The notes under the pieces were generated by a model. That model made no database searches, was not told the DNA's origin, and worked only from the letters and a program-made list of their open reading frames with translations. Shown here in pieces: positions 25,915-35,343 of a DNA stretch of 49,699 nt; the stretch's first letter is position 1, and every line of letters starts with the position of its first letter. The stretch lies in NCBI GenBank assembly GCA_024639335.1, contig JAHEIN010000004.1:1-49699 (forward strand), given 5' to 3'. Both the position numbers and the translations under genes were made by a program. The DNA comes from a bacterium (GTDB lineage Bacteria > Actinomycetota > Acidimicrobiia > Spongiisociales > ZC4RG35).

Positions 25915-27986
25915 CTGGGGACCACCACCTCCATGCCGGCTTGGAGCCCGGCACCGCTGATCTCCACGAACCCATCTGCGAACATGCCGGTCTCCACACC
26001 GACGAGACGCGTGCCGTCGCCCTCCGGGATCTCGATGGCGTACCCACCCTCGACCAGGGCGAGGAGAGCGCTGACCGGCACCGACAGGACGTCGGCGGCC
26101 AGCTCGGCGGTCACCTCTACGTCGACATCCGCTCCGATCCAGACCTCGTCGATGGGCTCGAACGGCTGGATCTCCACCTCTACGTATGCCTCGGATCCAT
26201 CCGCTCCACCCCCGAGCGGAACATTGCCGATGTCAAGCACCGTCGCGGGCACGTCCGTCCCGTCGGGGAGGTCGATGGTCACCTCGGTTCCGATGTCGAG
26301 CAACGATCGATCGGACAGCGGCAGCTGAGCCACGACTCGTTGGGTCGTCACGAGTTCCTCACCGGTTCTGGTGGGGGTCAACGAGAGCAGCGGGCTGCTC
26401 GGGTTCACCGTCGATCCGAGGACGCCGAGTTGATCGTCGACCAGCGATGGTCCCTCGACGAAGACCACCGAACCGAGCGAGACTTCGCCGGTCGCTTCGA
26501 GGCCGAGTGACTCCTGCCAAGTTGAGACTGCGGTGGCGGTGGCCTCGTCGTAGATGCCGTCGACCGAGAGGCTGCCGCCGGCGTCGAAGCCCAGAGCAGC
26601 GAGGTTCGATTCGAGCTGGGTGATGTCCGGGCCCATCGAGGAGCCGACTGACAGGTCGCGCCACGCCGGGGCCGTTCCGTACATGAGCACGGTGTAGGTG
26701 GAGCCGGTGGCGAGCTGCTCGGCGGCGTTGAGACGTTGCACCTCGAGGCCGGCCTGCGCAGACTCGAGCGAACTGTATGCCGCGTTGACAGCTGCCGGAT
26801 CGGCTCCGGCGATGAGATCAGCCAGGCGATCCCGAGCGTTGAGCAGGTTGGACTCGGCCTGGGCGATCTCGGTGTCGTTTGGGCCGGCAACGAGGTCGTC
26901 GTAGGCCTCGGCTGCCCGGGTGAGGTTGATCTGAAGCCGATCGAGCTCTTCTTGGGGGACGCCGGCCTCGGCTTCGCTCAGGTTGTTCTCGGCCACTTCG
27001 ACGTTCAACTCGGCGGTTTCGACGCTGTTCAAGGCGTTGTCGTATCCGACGTTGGCGGTGATGAACGACTGTGTCGTCTGAGCCGACGGGCTGTCACCGG
27101 CAGCGAGGAAGTCGGAAACCGCTTCGACGAGGTCATCGGTCTCGCCGGTGCTGAGAGGAAGGTCGTCCTCGTCGCAGACCGACACCGGAATGGTCGGCAA
27201 GGCGCAATAGGCGCTCTGGGCGGTCAGGGCGGACACCAGGGCGGTGTCGACGCCGTTTCGGGCCGATGCGAGGCTCGCCGACGCCTGATCGACCTGCTGT
27301 TCGAGGGCTAGGAGATCCTCGGGTTCGACTCCGTCGCGGGCGTCGTTCGCTGCGTCTCTGGCAGACTCGACTGCGAGCGCGGCCTCAGCCAGTTCCACTT
27401 CGGATGGTGGCTCCAAGAGATCGTCCAGGGCCTTCAGCGCAGCTTGCACCGCCACCTCGGCATTGACGATCTCAGCCTCGGACGGTTGGTCGGTGATCGA
27501 GGCCACGTTGTTTCGTGCACTCGCAACCTGTGACTCCGCCGACTGGATGGACTGGTTGATCTGTGCCATCTGAAGCGCAGTCAGCTCGTCCGAGATGACG
27601 GCGATGATGTCGCCACGTTCGACGATCAATCCATCGTCCGCCAGGAAGGTGAGTGACCCGGCGACCGACGCATTGAAAGTCAGCCCCTCTGCGAATTCCA
27701 GCGATCCCTCGAGCTCTTCGAATTCCGCCAGATCCCGTATCTGGATGGAAGTGGTGGCGAGTTGCACCTGCTCGGACTCGACGTCCCGTTGATCACCCAC
27801 GACCAGCAAATACCAGACCGCCGCACCAGCCACCACGATGGCTCCGATCACAAGCAACCACCAGCCCCTACGCCGTGGCCCGTGTTCAGAGGTCGGCGCC
27901 GCGATCTCAGCGGCTCGGTCCGTCACAGCCGCGCCCGAAGAGCCCGTGGAGATCCCCACGGACAGTTCCTCGTCACCTGTGGCCAT
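25911..27986 (-). CDS. Membrane-fusion (HlyD/MacA-like) adaptor with long coiled coil and peptidoglycan-binding domain
   Basis: N-terminal TM, long helical hairpin, GPDITQLESNLAALGF...TATAVSTWQ PG-binding motif, VLSVPVSAL, VETGMFADGFVEISG. Confidence 0.82.
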   Translation of the reverse strand: MATGDEELSVGISTGSSGAAVTDRAAEIAAPTSEHGPRRRGWWLLVIGAIVVAGAAVWYLLVVGDQRDVESEQVQLATTSIQIRDLAEFEELEGSLEFAEGLTFNASVAGSLTFLADDGLIVERGDIIAVISDELTALQMAQINQSIQSAESQVASARNNVASITDQPSEAEIVNAEVAVQAALKALDDLLEPPSEVELAEAALAVESARDAANDARDGVEPEDLLALEQQVDQASASLASARNGVDTALVSALTAQSAYCALPTIPVSVCDEDDLPLSTGETDDLVEAVSDFLAAGDSPSAQTTQSFITANVGYDNALNSVETAELNVEVAENNLSEAEAGVPQEELDRLQINLTRAAEAYDDLVAGPNDTEIAQAESNLLNARDRLADLIAGADPAAVNAAYSSLESAQAGLEVQRLNAAEQLATGSTYTVLMYGTAPAWRDLSVGSSMGPDITQLESNLAALGFDAGGSLSVDGIYDEATATAVSTWQESLGLEATGEVSLGSVVFVEGPSLVDDQLGVLGSTVNPSSPLLSLTPTRTGEELVTTQRVVAQLPLSDRSLLDIGTEVTIDLPDGTDVPATVLDIGNVPLGGGADGSEAYVEVEIQPFEPIDEVWIGADVDVEVTAELAADVLSVPVSALLALVEGGYAIEIPEGDGTRLVGVETGMFADGFVEISGAGLQAGMEVVVPR

Positions 27987-28048
27987 CAGCCAGTGCCTCC
28001 ATGCCCGGCAAGGCCGAAGATCTCTCGCGTCGATTCGTCCGTCTCATC

Positions 28049-28690
28049 TCAGTTCTCCGGCACCGGGAGATTCACGCGTTCTGCGCACTTCTCGAAGATC
28101 ACCTCGTTGTCGGGATCCTCGAAGTCCACTCGGTCCCCGAACAGCGCCTCCGGGCCGGGCGGGATCGCAGGTGAGTCGTCGCCTCCGTCCCGGTTGCCGC
28201 CGAAGAGGCCGGACAGGTCGGGGTCATCGACATCCAGGCCGTTCTCCCGGAGGCATGCTGCGAACGCAATCAGCGTGTCCTGGATCTCGTTGATGTCGAC
28301 CTCACTGCCTCCCGCACCGAACGCCACGTCTTCGATGTACTCGGAACAGACCTCGAAAGCGTCGAAGAGCGCCGGATCGGGCTCACCGTCATCTCCAGCT
28401 CCCGGGCCCACGCCGACGAACTCGACCGAGCCGTCGGCATTGACGATCGGGTCCTGAAAGTCGGAAACGCCGTTGTCGCGCATGCAGTCGGCAAACGCCA
28501 GAACCTGCTCTTCGACCGTCTGCTCCGGCTCGGCCGCAGTCGTCTCGACGGTTGGAGCGGCGGAGTCGTCCGTGAGCGTGGCCAGCCCGCCGGAGTCTTC
28601 GTCGTCGGTGGCCGATCCGCCACACGCCGCGATGCTCACGCCGAGCGCGACGACCAACGCCAGCTTTCGGTTCATTTTTCGAGATCTCAT
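28049..28690 (-). CDS. Lipoprotein with two Cys-containing repeats, first gene of the exporter operon
   Basis: Lipobox IAAC; FADCMRDNGV...AFEVC and FAACLRENGL...IFEKC; leaderless TACGTT-6nt-ATG. Confidence 0.8.
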   Translation of the reverse strand: MRSRKMNRKLALVVALGVSIAACGGSATDDEDSGGLATLTDDSAAPTVETTAAEPEQTVEEQVLAFADCMRDNGVSDFQDPIVNADGSVEFVGVGPGAGDDGEPDPALFDAFEVCSEYIEDVAFGAGGSEVDINEIQDTLIAFAACLRENGLDVDDPDLSGLFGGNRDGGDDSPAIPPGPEALFGDRVDFEDPDNEVIFEKCAERVNLPVPEN

Positions 28691-28789
28691 GGGGACAACG
28701 TACGGATCCGGCGCTAAAGCCTCCGTTGGGCGGACATATGCCCCACGTATGGTCCTCGAGTCTGGGTGTTCGTCGGCGGAGAAGTTCGC

Positions 28790-29434
28790 TCAGACGATGA
28801 CGATGTGGAGATGCTTGGGGCCGTGGACACCGAGGGTCACGATCGACTCGATGTCCGCAGTCTTCGACGGTCCGGTGATGAACACGACGTTGGAGCCCTC
28901 AGCCATCCGGGCAGACGGATCTGCGGCCCAATGAGAAGCCGACCGGAAGATGCGTTCTCTCGGGAGGACGGCGACGTGGACCAGCGGCACCAGCGACGCC
29001 ATGCGCGGCTGTCCGGGTCCTGACCTGACGACGATGGTGCCCGTCTCGGCGAAGGCCGCCTCGGCGCCGGTGATTCCGAGCTGGCAGTCCATGTATGCAG
29101 CGTTGTGCTCGGCACGCCCATCCACCCCACGAGGAGTCTCGGTGTGAATCCGGCGCGGCCCGTCTGGGAGCTCATCGAGACCGTCGATGCGGTCGGCGTC
29201 CCAGCTGATGTAGTTGTCGATGGCGTAGCGGTCGATGACCTCGGAGATGACGTCGTCGACGGGAACGGTGTGGATCTCGGCAGCCATCTTCTCGGCCATC
29301 TCGATGAATCGCGTAACGAGGTCGACCTCGGGAAGCTCCGGTACCCATTGGCCCGGATCATCCGGAGGATGATCGGGCAGGATCGCCGAAGCCTGGGCGG
29401 TCTCGACTCGCGCCAGGAAGTCCGATCTCTCCAT
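28790..29434 (-). CDS. lutC: Lactate utilization protein C (LUD domain)
   Basis: AFAETGTIV, RMASLVPLVH, FITGPSKTADIE, GVHGP. Confidence 0.88.
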   Translation of the reverse strand: MERSDFLARVETAQASAILPDHPPDDPGQWVPELPEVDLVTRFIEMAEKMAAEIHTVPVDDVISEVIDRYAIDNYISWDADRIDGLDELPDGPRRIHTETPRGVDGRAEHNAAYMDCQLGITGAEAAFAETGTIVVRSGPGQPRMASLVPLVHVAVLPRERIFRSASHWAADPSARMAEGSNVVFITGPSKTADIESIVTLGVHGPKHLHIVIV

Positions 29435-30825
29435 CAGCCTCGATGCTCCTTCCACCACGAGTGGAAGGACTGGTCGGCGGGGGCCGGCAGGTCGCGGGTG
29501 GTGGTCCAGTTTCCGGCTTGGAAAGGGAGCCTCGTGATCCACTCACCTGTCGCCTTCCCGAACACTCCGCCGGCGACGAGGAACCCGCGCCACAGGACCG
29601 GGTTGGTGGCGATCCTGCGATAGGCGGCGAGCCCGGGCCCCAGCCAGGCGAAGTCGCCGCCTCCTTTGCTCATCGATTCTGTGCGCTGTTCGAGCAGCAG
29701 GCTCGGAATGTCGATACGGATCGGGCACGCATCCTTGCATGCGCCGCACAGCGAAGAGGCGAAAGGCAGATCACCCCATTCGTCGTGACCGAACAGTGCC
29801 GGCGTGAGGACTGCACCGATCGGACCGGGATACACGCTGCCGTAGGCATGTCCGCCCGCCTCTCGAAACACCGGACACACGTTGAGGCAGGCGCCGCAAC
29901 GGATACAGGCGAGGATCTCCGCCGAGGAGGAGGCGAGCGCTTCGCTGCGACCGTTGTCCAAGATGACCACGTGCAGCTCATCCGGCCCGTCCTGCTCGTC
30001 GTACGCCCGTGGCCCGGTGATCAGGTTCGTGTAGACGGTCAGCGCCTGGCCGGTGCCGGAGCGGGCGAGCACCTCGAGCATGACGGTCAGGTCTCCGGCG
30101 TTCGGGACGAGCCGCTCCATTCCCATGATCGCCACATGGATTCGTGGAGCTGTCGTGGTGAGGCGAGCGTTCCCCTCGTTCGTGACGGTGCTGATCGTGC
30201 CCGTGTCGGCGACCCCGAAATTGACGCCGGAGATCCCCATGTCGGCCCCGAGGAAGATCGATCGGAGGTGCTGTCTGGCAGCAGCATTGAGGTCGACCGG
30301 GTCGTTGCTGTAATCCATGTCGAGCACGTCGGCGAACAGTTCGGCGACCTCGTAGCGGTCCTTGTGCATCACCGGCGAGATGATGTGCACCGGCCGATCC
30401 CCCGAGATCTGGACGATGAACTCGCCGAGATCGGTCTCCACGACGTCGAGGCCGTGGGACTCGAGATGGTGATTGAGTTCGATCTCCTCGGTGACCATCG
30501 ACTTCGACTTCACGACGGAGCGAACCCCTCGATCGGCTGCCACCTGGGAGACGTATCGGTTGGCCTCGTCGGCGTCGGCGGCGAAATACACGTGCCCGCC
30601 GGCTCGCTCGACGGAATCGGCGAACTGTGCGAGGTAGTCGCTGAGGTTGGCGAGCGTGTGGAGCCGGATCTCTCGGGCCCGGTCACGCATCGACTCCATC
30701 GGTGGGTACGCCGCGGAGGCGCTGATCCGATCGCGGGTCTTGCGGCGGGTGGCCTTGCCGATGTTGACCACCTTCTCGGTGCCGAGCTCTCTGGTCGACC
30801 GCTCGCGGAACGTGACCGGCGTCAT
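29434..30825 (-). CDS. lutB: Lactate utilization Fe-S protein B
   Basis: KSKSMVTEEI, ETDLGE, NEGN, CIRCGACLNVCP, YPGPIG, SSLCGACKDACP. Confidence 0.92.
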   Translation of the reverse strand: MTPVTFRERSTRELGTEKVVNIGKATRRKTRDRISASAAYPPMESMRDRAREIRLHTLANLSDYLAQFADSVERAGGHVYFAADADEANRYVSQVAADRGVRSVVKSKSMVTEEIELNHHLESHGLDVVETDLGEFIVQISGDRPVHIISPVMHKDRYEVAELFADVLDMDYSNDPVDLNAAARQHLRSIFLGADMGISGVNFGVADTGTISTVTNEGNARLTTTAPRIHVAIMGMERLVPNAGDLTVMLEVLARSGTGQALTVYTNLITGPRAYDEQDGPDELHVVILDNGRSEALASSSAEILACIRCGACLNVCPVFREAGGHAYGSVYPGPIGAVLTPALFGHDEWGDLPFASSLCGACKDACPIRIDIPSLLLEQRTESMSKGGGDFAWLGPGLAAYRRIATNPVLWRGFLVAGGVFGKATGEWITRLPFQAGNWTTTRDLPAPADQSFHSWWKEHRG

Positions 30826-31541
30826 GTCTCGTCCACCAACAGTTCGACGATGTGGCGCGTCTCGACCTTCGACCCCTGACGGTGCAGCCCCCCGCCGATG
30901 TGCATGAGACAACTGACATCCCCACCAACGACGGCGTCTGCGCCGGATGCGATGATGTTGTCGATCTTGGTCTGGAGGATCGCCGAAGAGACCTCCGGCA
31001 GCTCGATCGAGAACAAGCCACCGAAGCCGCAGCACTCGTCGGCACCTTCGAGATCGCATCTGCTGACCCCCTCGACACCGTCTACCAGCGCCTCGATCTC
31101 GCCGTCGATGCCGAGGCCTCGAAGGCCGTGGCATGACTTGTGAACGGCGACCGAGGTGTCGCCGGCCGCTGTGACCTCAATGCCGAGATCGTGGACGAGG
31201 TACTGGCTGAGTTCACGGACCCGATTGGCGACCCGCTTTGCCGCTGCGGCCTCGGGACCCGACGAAAGCAGCTCACCGAAGCGATGGATCATCATGTCGG
31301 CGCACGATCCCGAGGGCACGACGATCGGGCCTTCGGTCCCGTCGAGTACTGCCACCGTGTGCTGCGCCATCGCCCGGGCGTCCTCTCGGAAGCCGGCGTT
31401 CAACGCCGGTTGACCACAGCACGTCTGGTCGAAGGGGAACTCCACCGTCTGGCCATTCGCCTCCAGCACCTGCACGGTCGCTCTTCCGACCTGTGGCGCG
31501 AACCCGTCCACCAGACACGTCACAAAAAGCTGCACGACCAT
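30822..31541 (-). CDS. lutA: Lactate utilization protein A (CCG domains)
   Basis: LFVTCLVD, QTCCGQP, SGSC, HKSCH, ECCGFGG, SCLMHI. Confidence 0.92.
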   Translation of the reverse strand: MVVQLFVTCLVDGFAPQVGRATVQVLEANGQTVEFPFDQTCCGQPALNAGFREDARAMAQHTVAVLDGTEGPIVVPSGSCADMMIHRFGELLSSGPEAAAAKRVANRVRELSQYLVHDLGIEVTAAGDTSVAVHKSCHGLRGLGIDGEIEALVDGVEGVSRCDLEGADECCGFGGLFSIELPEVSSAILQTKIDNIIASGADAVVGGDVSCLMHIGGGLHRQGSKVETRHIVELLVDET

Positions 31542-31582
31542 GAAGGACACACTACCGGCTCGCACGTGCCAGACTCTGGGGC

Positions 31583-32218
31583 ATGAATTCACACGTCGAT
31601 CTCCACGCGGCCGTCGATGATCTGGCTGCACGTGATCTGCATCTCGCCAAGATCGTCAGGTTTCGCGGCCGCCCAGAGCCGTTCTCGAGGCCGGCGACGT
31701 TCCAGACCCTGGTCCTGCTGATCCTCGAGCAGCAGGTCTCCCTCGACTCGGCCCGAGCCGCCTTCGATCGGCTCGAGGCCGCCATCCCCGGAGTCGAACC
31801 GGTCGATCTCCTCGGTCTCAGCGACGCCGAGATGCGAGCGATCGGGTTCAGCAGACAGAAGACCAGGTACGTACGCCGGTTGGCAACCCGACTGCTCGAC
31901 GGGAGGCTGTCCATCGATGCATTGGCCTCGTTGAGCGACACCGAGGTACGGGCCATCCTCACCGAATCGCCGGGAATCGGACCGTGGACGGCGGACGTGT
32001 TCCTCATGTCGAGCCTGGGACGCCCCGACATCTGGCCGGTCGGAGATCGCGCCTTGCAGGTGGCGACGGCCGAGGCGCTCGAACTCGCCGAGGTCCCCGA
32101 CCAGACCGGCCTGACGGACATCGGTGAGCGATGGAGGCCGCATCGGACCGCCGCTGCGCAGATCTTGTGGCACGGCTACCTGGCCGGACGGAACCGCACC
32201 ATCCCGACGGGACCCTGA
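31583..32218 (+). CDS. alkA: DNA-3-methyladenine glycosylase II (HhH-GPD)
   Basis: ILEQQVS, GFSRQK, PGIGPWTAD, DIWPVGD, WRPHR. Confidence 0.85.
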   Translation: MNSHVDLHAAVDDLAARDLHLAKIVRFRGRPEPFSRPATFQTLVLLILEQQVSLDSARAAFDRLEAAIPGVEPVDLLGLSDAEMRAIGFSRQKTRYVRRLATRLLDGRLSIDALASLSDTEVRAILTESPGIGPWTADVFLMSSLGRPDIWPVGDRALQVATAEALELAEVPDQTGLTDIGERWRPHRTAAAQILWHGYLAGRNRTIPTGP

Positions 32219-32351
32219 CCATCCCGACGGGCGTGAGGAACGAGCCAGGTAGGTAGGGATTCCGAGGCAGTCGGGGGGCTCGATGAACCCGATCGACACG
32301 AGCGGCTACGAGGTCGTGGGGGTCGACGAACACGACGATGCCGGGCCGAGG

Positions 32352-33569
32352 TCAGACTCCGGACACTCCCGCAGACGGGTGCACGCGGAAGGCAGGGCCC
32401 CCGGTGGTTTGTTCCGAGGCTTCGATCACGGCTTCGATGCGGCCAGGTGGACAGATCGCAATGGCATATCCGCCGAAGCCGGCGCCTGTGAGGCGCGCCC
32501 CGTGTGCTCCCGCCTCTCGCATCGCTCCGGTGAGCCGATCGAGAGCAGGCGACGATGCCCCGAAGTCACGCAGCGAGTCGTGGGAGGCGTCGAGCAACCT
32601 GCCGAGCTCTCCGAAGTCGTCGGACTCGAGCACCACCTCCGCGTCGTCGACGCGGCGCGCCTCGGACAGAACGTGGGCAGCGACTGCCCTGATCGGCAGA
32701 CCGACGTCGGGGTCGAACTCGGTGGCGGTGAGTTTGACCATGCGCTCGACGTCGACGCCGAGCCGGGAGGCCACCTCGGCGGCGCTCGCCTCGGTTGGCA
32801 GCAAGTCGACCAGCGTTGACGAGCGGACTCTCGACAGCACGGGCGGCTCGCCTGGATCGACACCCTCCTCGGTGGCCAGAAGCATCGCTGCGGCCCGACA
32901 CGCAACCACCCGCGAGTTGTAGGAGTGATTCGCATCTCCGCCTTTCGGCGCGGAGCGTCCCGAGTAGGCCGCCACGATGCCGAGCTCATCGGAGATCGGA
33001 ACGTGTTTCGTCTGGAAGGGGTCGAAGTCGATCCTGAGCGCGTGCCCTTCGGAGGCGAGCGAGATCACCGTCTGGTCCATTGCGCCGCTCTCCACACCGA
33101 TCGATCGCTCTGCGGCAAGGGCGAGCTCCGGCAGCTCCTCTCGCAATGGCGGGTCACCCCCATAGGTGCCGAGCGCCATCAGCACACCGACCGTGAACGC
33201 CGACGAGGAAGACAGGCCGCCTGTAGCCGGCAAGTCGGCGTCGATGAGCACCCGAGCCCCGCCGACGAATCCGACGACGTCGACTGCAGCCGCGAAGTAG
33301 CGATGCCAACCGGAGAGCTCCGACCGATCCCCGCCCAGCTCGATGGTGATCGGGTCCGGGTGGGTGAGTGAATCCACCTCGACACCGGCCGGCCCATCGC
33401 ACACCGCCACGTACACGCCCCTCTCGATGGCGAACGGCATGACGGGCAGCAGCGAGTAGTCGGTGTGCTCGCCGATCAGATTCACTCTGCCCGGTGATCG
33501 GATGACGACGCTGGGCGCCGCGTCGTGGCGCTCGCGAACGGCCTCGATGACCCGGGTCAGCGCATCCAT
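32352..33569 (-). CDS. Galactokinase/GHMP sugar kinase
   Basis: PGRVNLIGEHTDY, PATGGLSSSSA, GAMDQ, SHDSLR, GARLTGAGFGG. Confidence 0.88.
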   Translation of the reverse strand: MDALTRVIEAVRERHDAAPSVVIRSPGRVNLIGEHTDYSLLPVMPFAIERGVYVAVCDGPAGVEVDSLTHPDPITIELGGDRSELSGWHRYFAAAVDVVGFVGGARVLIDADLPATGGLSSSSAFTVGVLMALGTYGGDPPLREELPELALAAERSIGVESGAMDQTVISLASEGHALRIDFDPFQTKHVPISDELGIVAAYSGRSAPKGGDANHSYNSRVVACRAAAMLLATEEGVDPGEPPVLSRVRSSTLVDLLPTEASAAEVASRLGVDVERMVKLTATEFDPDVGLPIRAVAAHVLSEARRVDDAEVVLESDDFGELGRLLDASHDSLRDFGASSPALDRLTGAMREAGAHGARLTGAGFGGYAIAICPPGRIEAVIEASEQTTGGPAFRVHPSAGVSGV

Positions 33570-33640
33570 GCCGCCATCGTATCTGCGAGCAACGGTCCCG
33601 CGTCCTCCTGGAGGAAATGGCCGGCTCCCTCGATCATCCG
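33557..33640 (-). pseudogene. C-terminal remnant of a haloalkane dehalogenase-like alpha/beta hydrolase
   Basis: IEGAGHFLQEDAGPLLADTMAAWMR* resembles the catalytic-His C-terminus of these enzymes; the upstream part shows no hydrolase motifs and runs into the divergent lipoprotein gene. Confidence 0.5.
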
Positions 33641-33735
33641 ACCCGAGATCGGCGCCGACACCGTATGGTTGAGCGGGGCTGGCACAACAGCGAGGTGCAT
33701 CGGCGCCCAGGTCGGGATCGGCAAAGGAGAATCTG

Positions 33736-34416
33736 ATGGTGTTTCACGGGCGAGCAGCGATGATGGCGACGATCGCGCTGATCCTGGCTGCATGCGGAAC
33801 CAGCGGCGATTCGACGACGACCACCGAGGCCAGTGCCGCCGGCGTGGTGACGGAGACGACCGTCGCTCGGGTCACCACCACGACGGCAGCGCCGACCACG
33901 ACGCAGCCGCCCACGACGACCACGACCGAGGCCGTCGTTGCAGGGAGTGACTGTCTGGTCGGTACCTGGGAGCTCGACTCAGCTGCCTTCATCGAGCAGA
34001 TCTTCTCGGTGGCGGCAGAAGAGGAGACCGGGTTCGAAGAGCTCGGCGAGGTGGAGATCTCGCACGGTGGAGGCGCATTCATCGTGACGATGAGCGACGA
34101 CGGCACCTACGTCGGGGTCCGCGACAACTGGCAGATCCGGGTCAGCGCCGACGAGGGGACTTTCGTCAACACGCTGGACGGCGAGGAGGTCGGCACCTGG
34201 TCGGTCGACGGCGACCAGCTCACCGTCACATCGGAGTCCTCGACGCTCGAGGTCAGCTTCGCTGCGGAGATCGACGGGGAACTCCAGGAACTGCCGTTCG
34301 GTGGCAGTCAGACGGTGGCCACGCGAGAACTGGGCGGAACCGGTCCCTTCACGTGTACCGACGACACGCTCGAGGTGACGCTCGGGGGAGGAACCTCGAC
34401 GTTCGCCCGCCGCTGA
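33736..34416 (+). CDS. Lipoprotein, Thr-rich linker plus beta-rich (lipocalin-like) domain
   Basis: Lipobox LAAC, TTTT runs, CLVGTWELD, GTWSVDGDQLTV, FTCTDDTL. Confidence 0.75.
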   Translation: MVFHGRAAMMATIALILAACGTSGDSTTTTEASAAGVVTETTVARVTTTTAAPTTTQPPTTTTTEAVVAGSDCLVGTWELDSAAFIEQIFSVAAEEETGFEELGEVEISHGGGAFIVTMSDDGTYVGVRDNWQIRVSADEGTFVNTLDGEEVGTWSVDGDQLTVTSESSTLEVSFAAEIDGELQELPFGGSQTVATRELGGTGPFTCTDDTLEVTLGGGTSTFARR

Positions 34417-34875
34417 TCACTCCCCGATGTCTTCGTTCCAGAGGCTCGGGTTGGCGGCGATGAAGACCTCCATCAGCGCGACACAATCGGGGTCGTCGAG
34501 AACGTCGAGCGAAACGCCACGGGATCTCGAGTAGTCCTCAGGCCCGCGAAAGGTTCGGTTCTCGCCGATCACTACCCGGGGAATCCGGTACAACAGCACG
34601 GCGCCGGTGCACATGTCGCACGGTGAGAGCGTCGAGTAGAGCACGGATCGTCGGTAGTCGGCGGCACTGAGCCGTCCGGCGTTCTCGAGTGCATCAATCT
34701 CGGCATGGAGCACTGCGCTCCCCCGCTGGATCCGCCGGTTGTGCCCGCGGCCGACGATCGCGCCGTCTATGGCCAGTACCGAGCCGATCGGGATCCCGCC
34801 TTCGGAGTGGCCGCGCCGAGCTTCGGCGAGCGCCTCGGCCATGAACTCGAGATCCGGAGGATCGGGCTCACTCAC
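34417..34875 (-). CDS. Cytosine/nucleoside deaminase (CDA fold, FCY1-like)
   Basis: EGGIPIGS, HAEIDALE, TLSPCDMC, WNEDIGE. Confidence 0.9.
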   Translation of the reverse strand: MSEPDPPDLEFMAEALAEARRGHSEGGIPIGSVLAIDGAIVGRGHNRRIQRGSAVLHAEIDALENAGRLSAADYRRSVLYSTLSPCDMCTGAVLLYRIPRVVIGENRTFRGPEDYSRSRGVSLDVLDDPDCVALMEVFIAANPSLWNEDIGE

Positions 34876-35281
34876 CGCCAGTGGTCTTGCGACCGAAGAT
34901 CCCCGAGATCCGTTGCTTCATTGCGTCGCGTCTCGCCGCTCCTGAGGCCGGGTCGAAGAAGTAGGCCACGGCCGCGCCGAGGGCGAACACCCCGACGAGC
35001 GTCCGCTTCTTCGGCTTGGCCGGGACGGTCGCCACCACCGGCACGGCCGCAGCGATCCGCTCCGGCAGGTCCGAAGACCAGTCCCGGATGCTGTGGAGGG
35101 ATTCGGTGGCAGCCTCGCGTGCATGACCCACCGGGTCGTTGTCGGCGAGCCAGACTCCCATCCGCTCGGCGACCTCGGCAGCTTCTGCTGCGATCATCTC
35201 GCCCACGTCTGACAGTCGCTCGCCGGTCTTGACTCCCGCCTCGGTGATCTGGTGTGCTGCTTGTTGCGCCCTGGCGTTCAT
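34868..35281 (-). CDS. Hypothetical protein with YtxH-like C-terminal membrane segment
   Basis: SD GGAGGT before ATG 35281; GAAVAYFFDPASGAARR. Confidence 0.65.
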   Translation of the reverse strand: MNARAQQAAHQITEAGVKTGERLSDVGEMIAAEAAEVAERMGVWLADNDPVGHAREAATESLHSIRDWSSDLPERIAAAVPVVATVPAKPKKRTLVGVFALGAAVAYFFDPASGAARRDAMKQRISGIFGRKTTGGE

Positions 35282-35343
35282 GTCGCGACCTCCGTCGATC
35301 GATGTCGGGCTGATGATGGTCCGCCTCGCCCGACTCTGCGAGT

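Noticed and set aside
32198-32231. 14-bp direct repeat ACCATCCCGACGGG spanning the alkA stop
   Set aside because: Only two copies 20 bp apart with no mobile element or spacer array; likely a local duplication.
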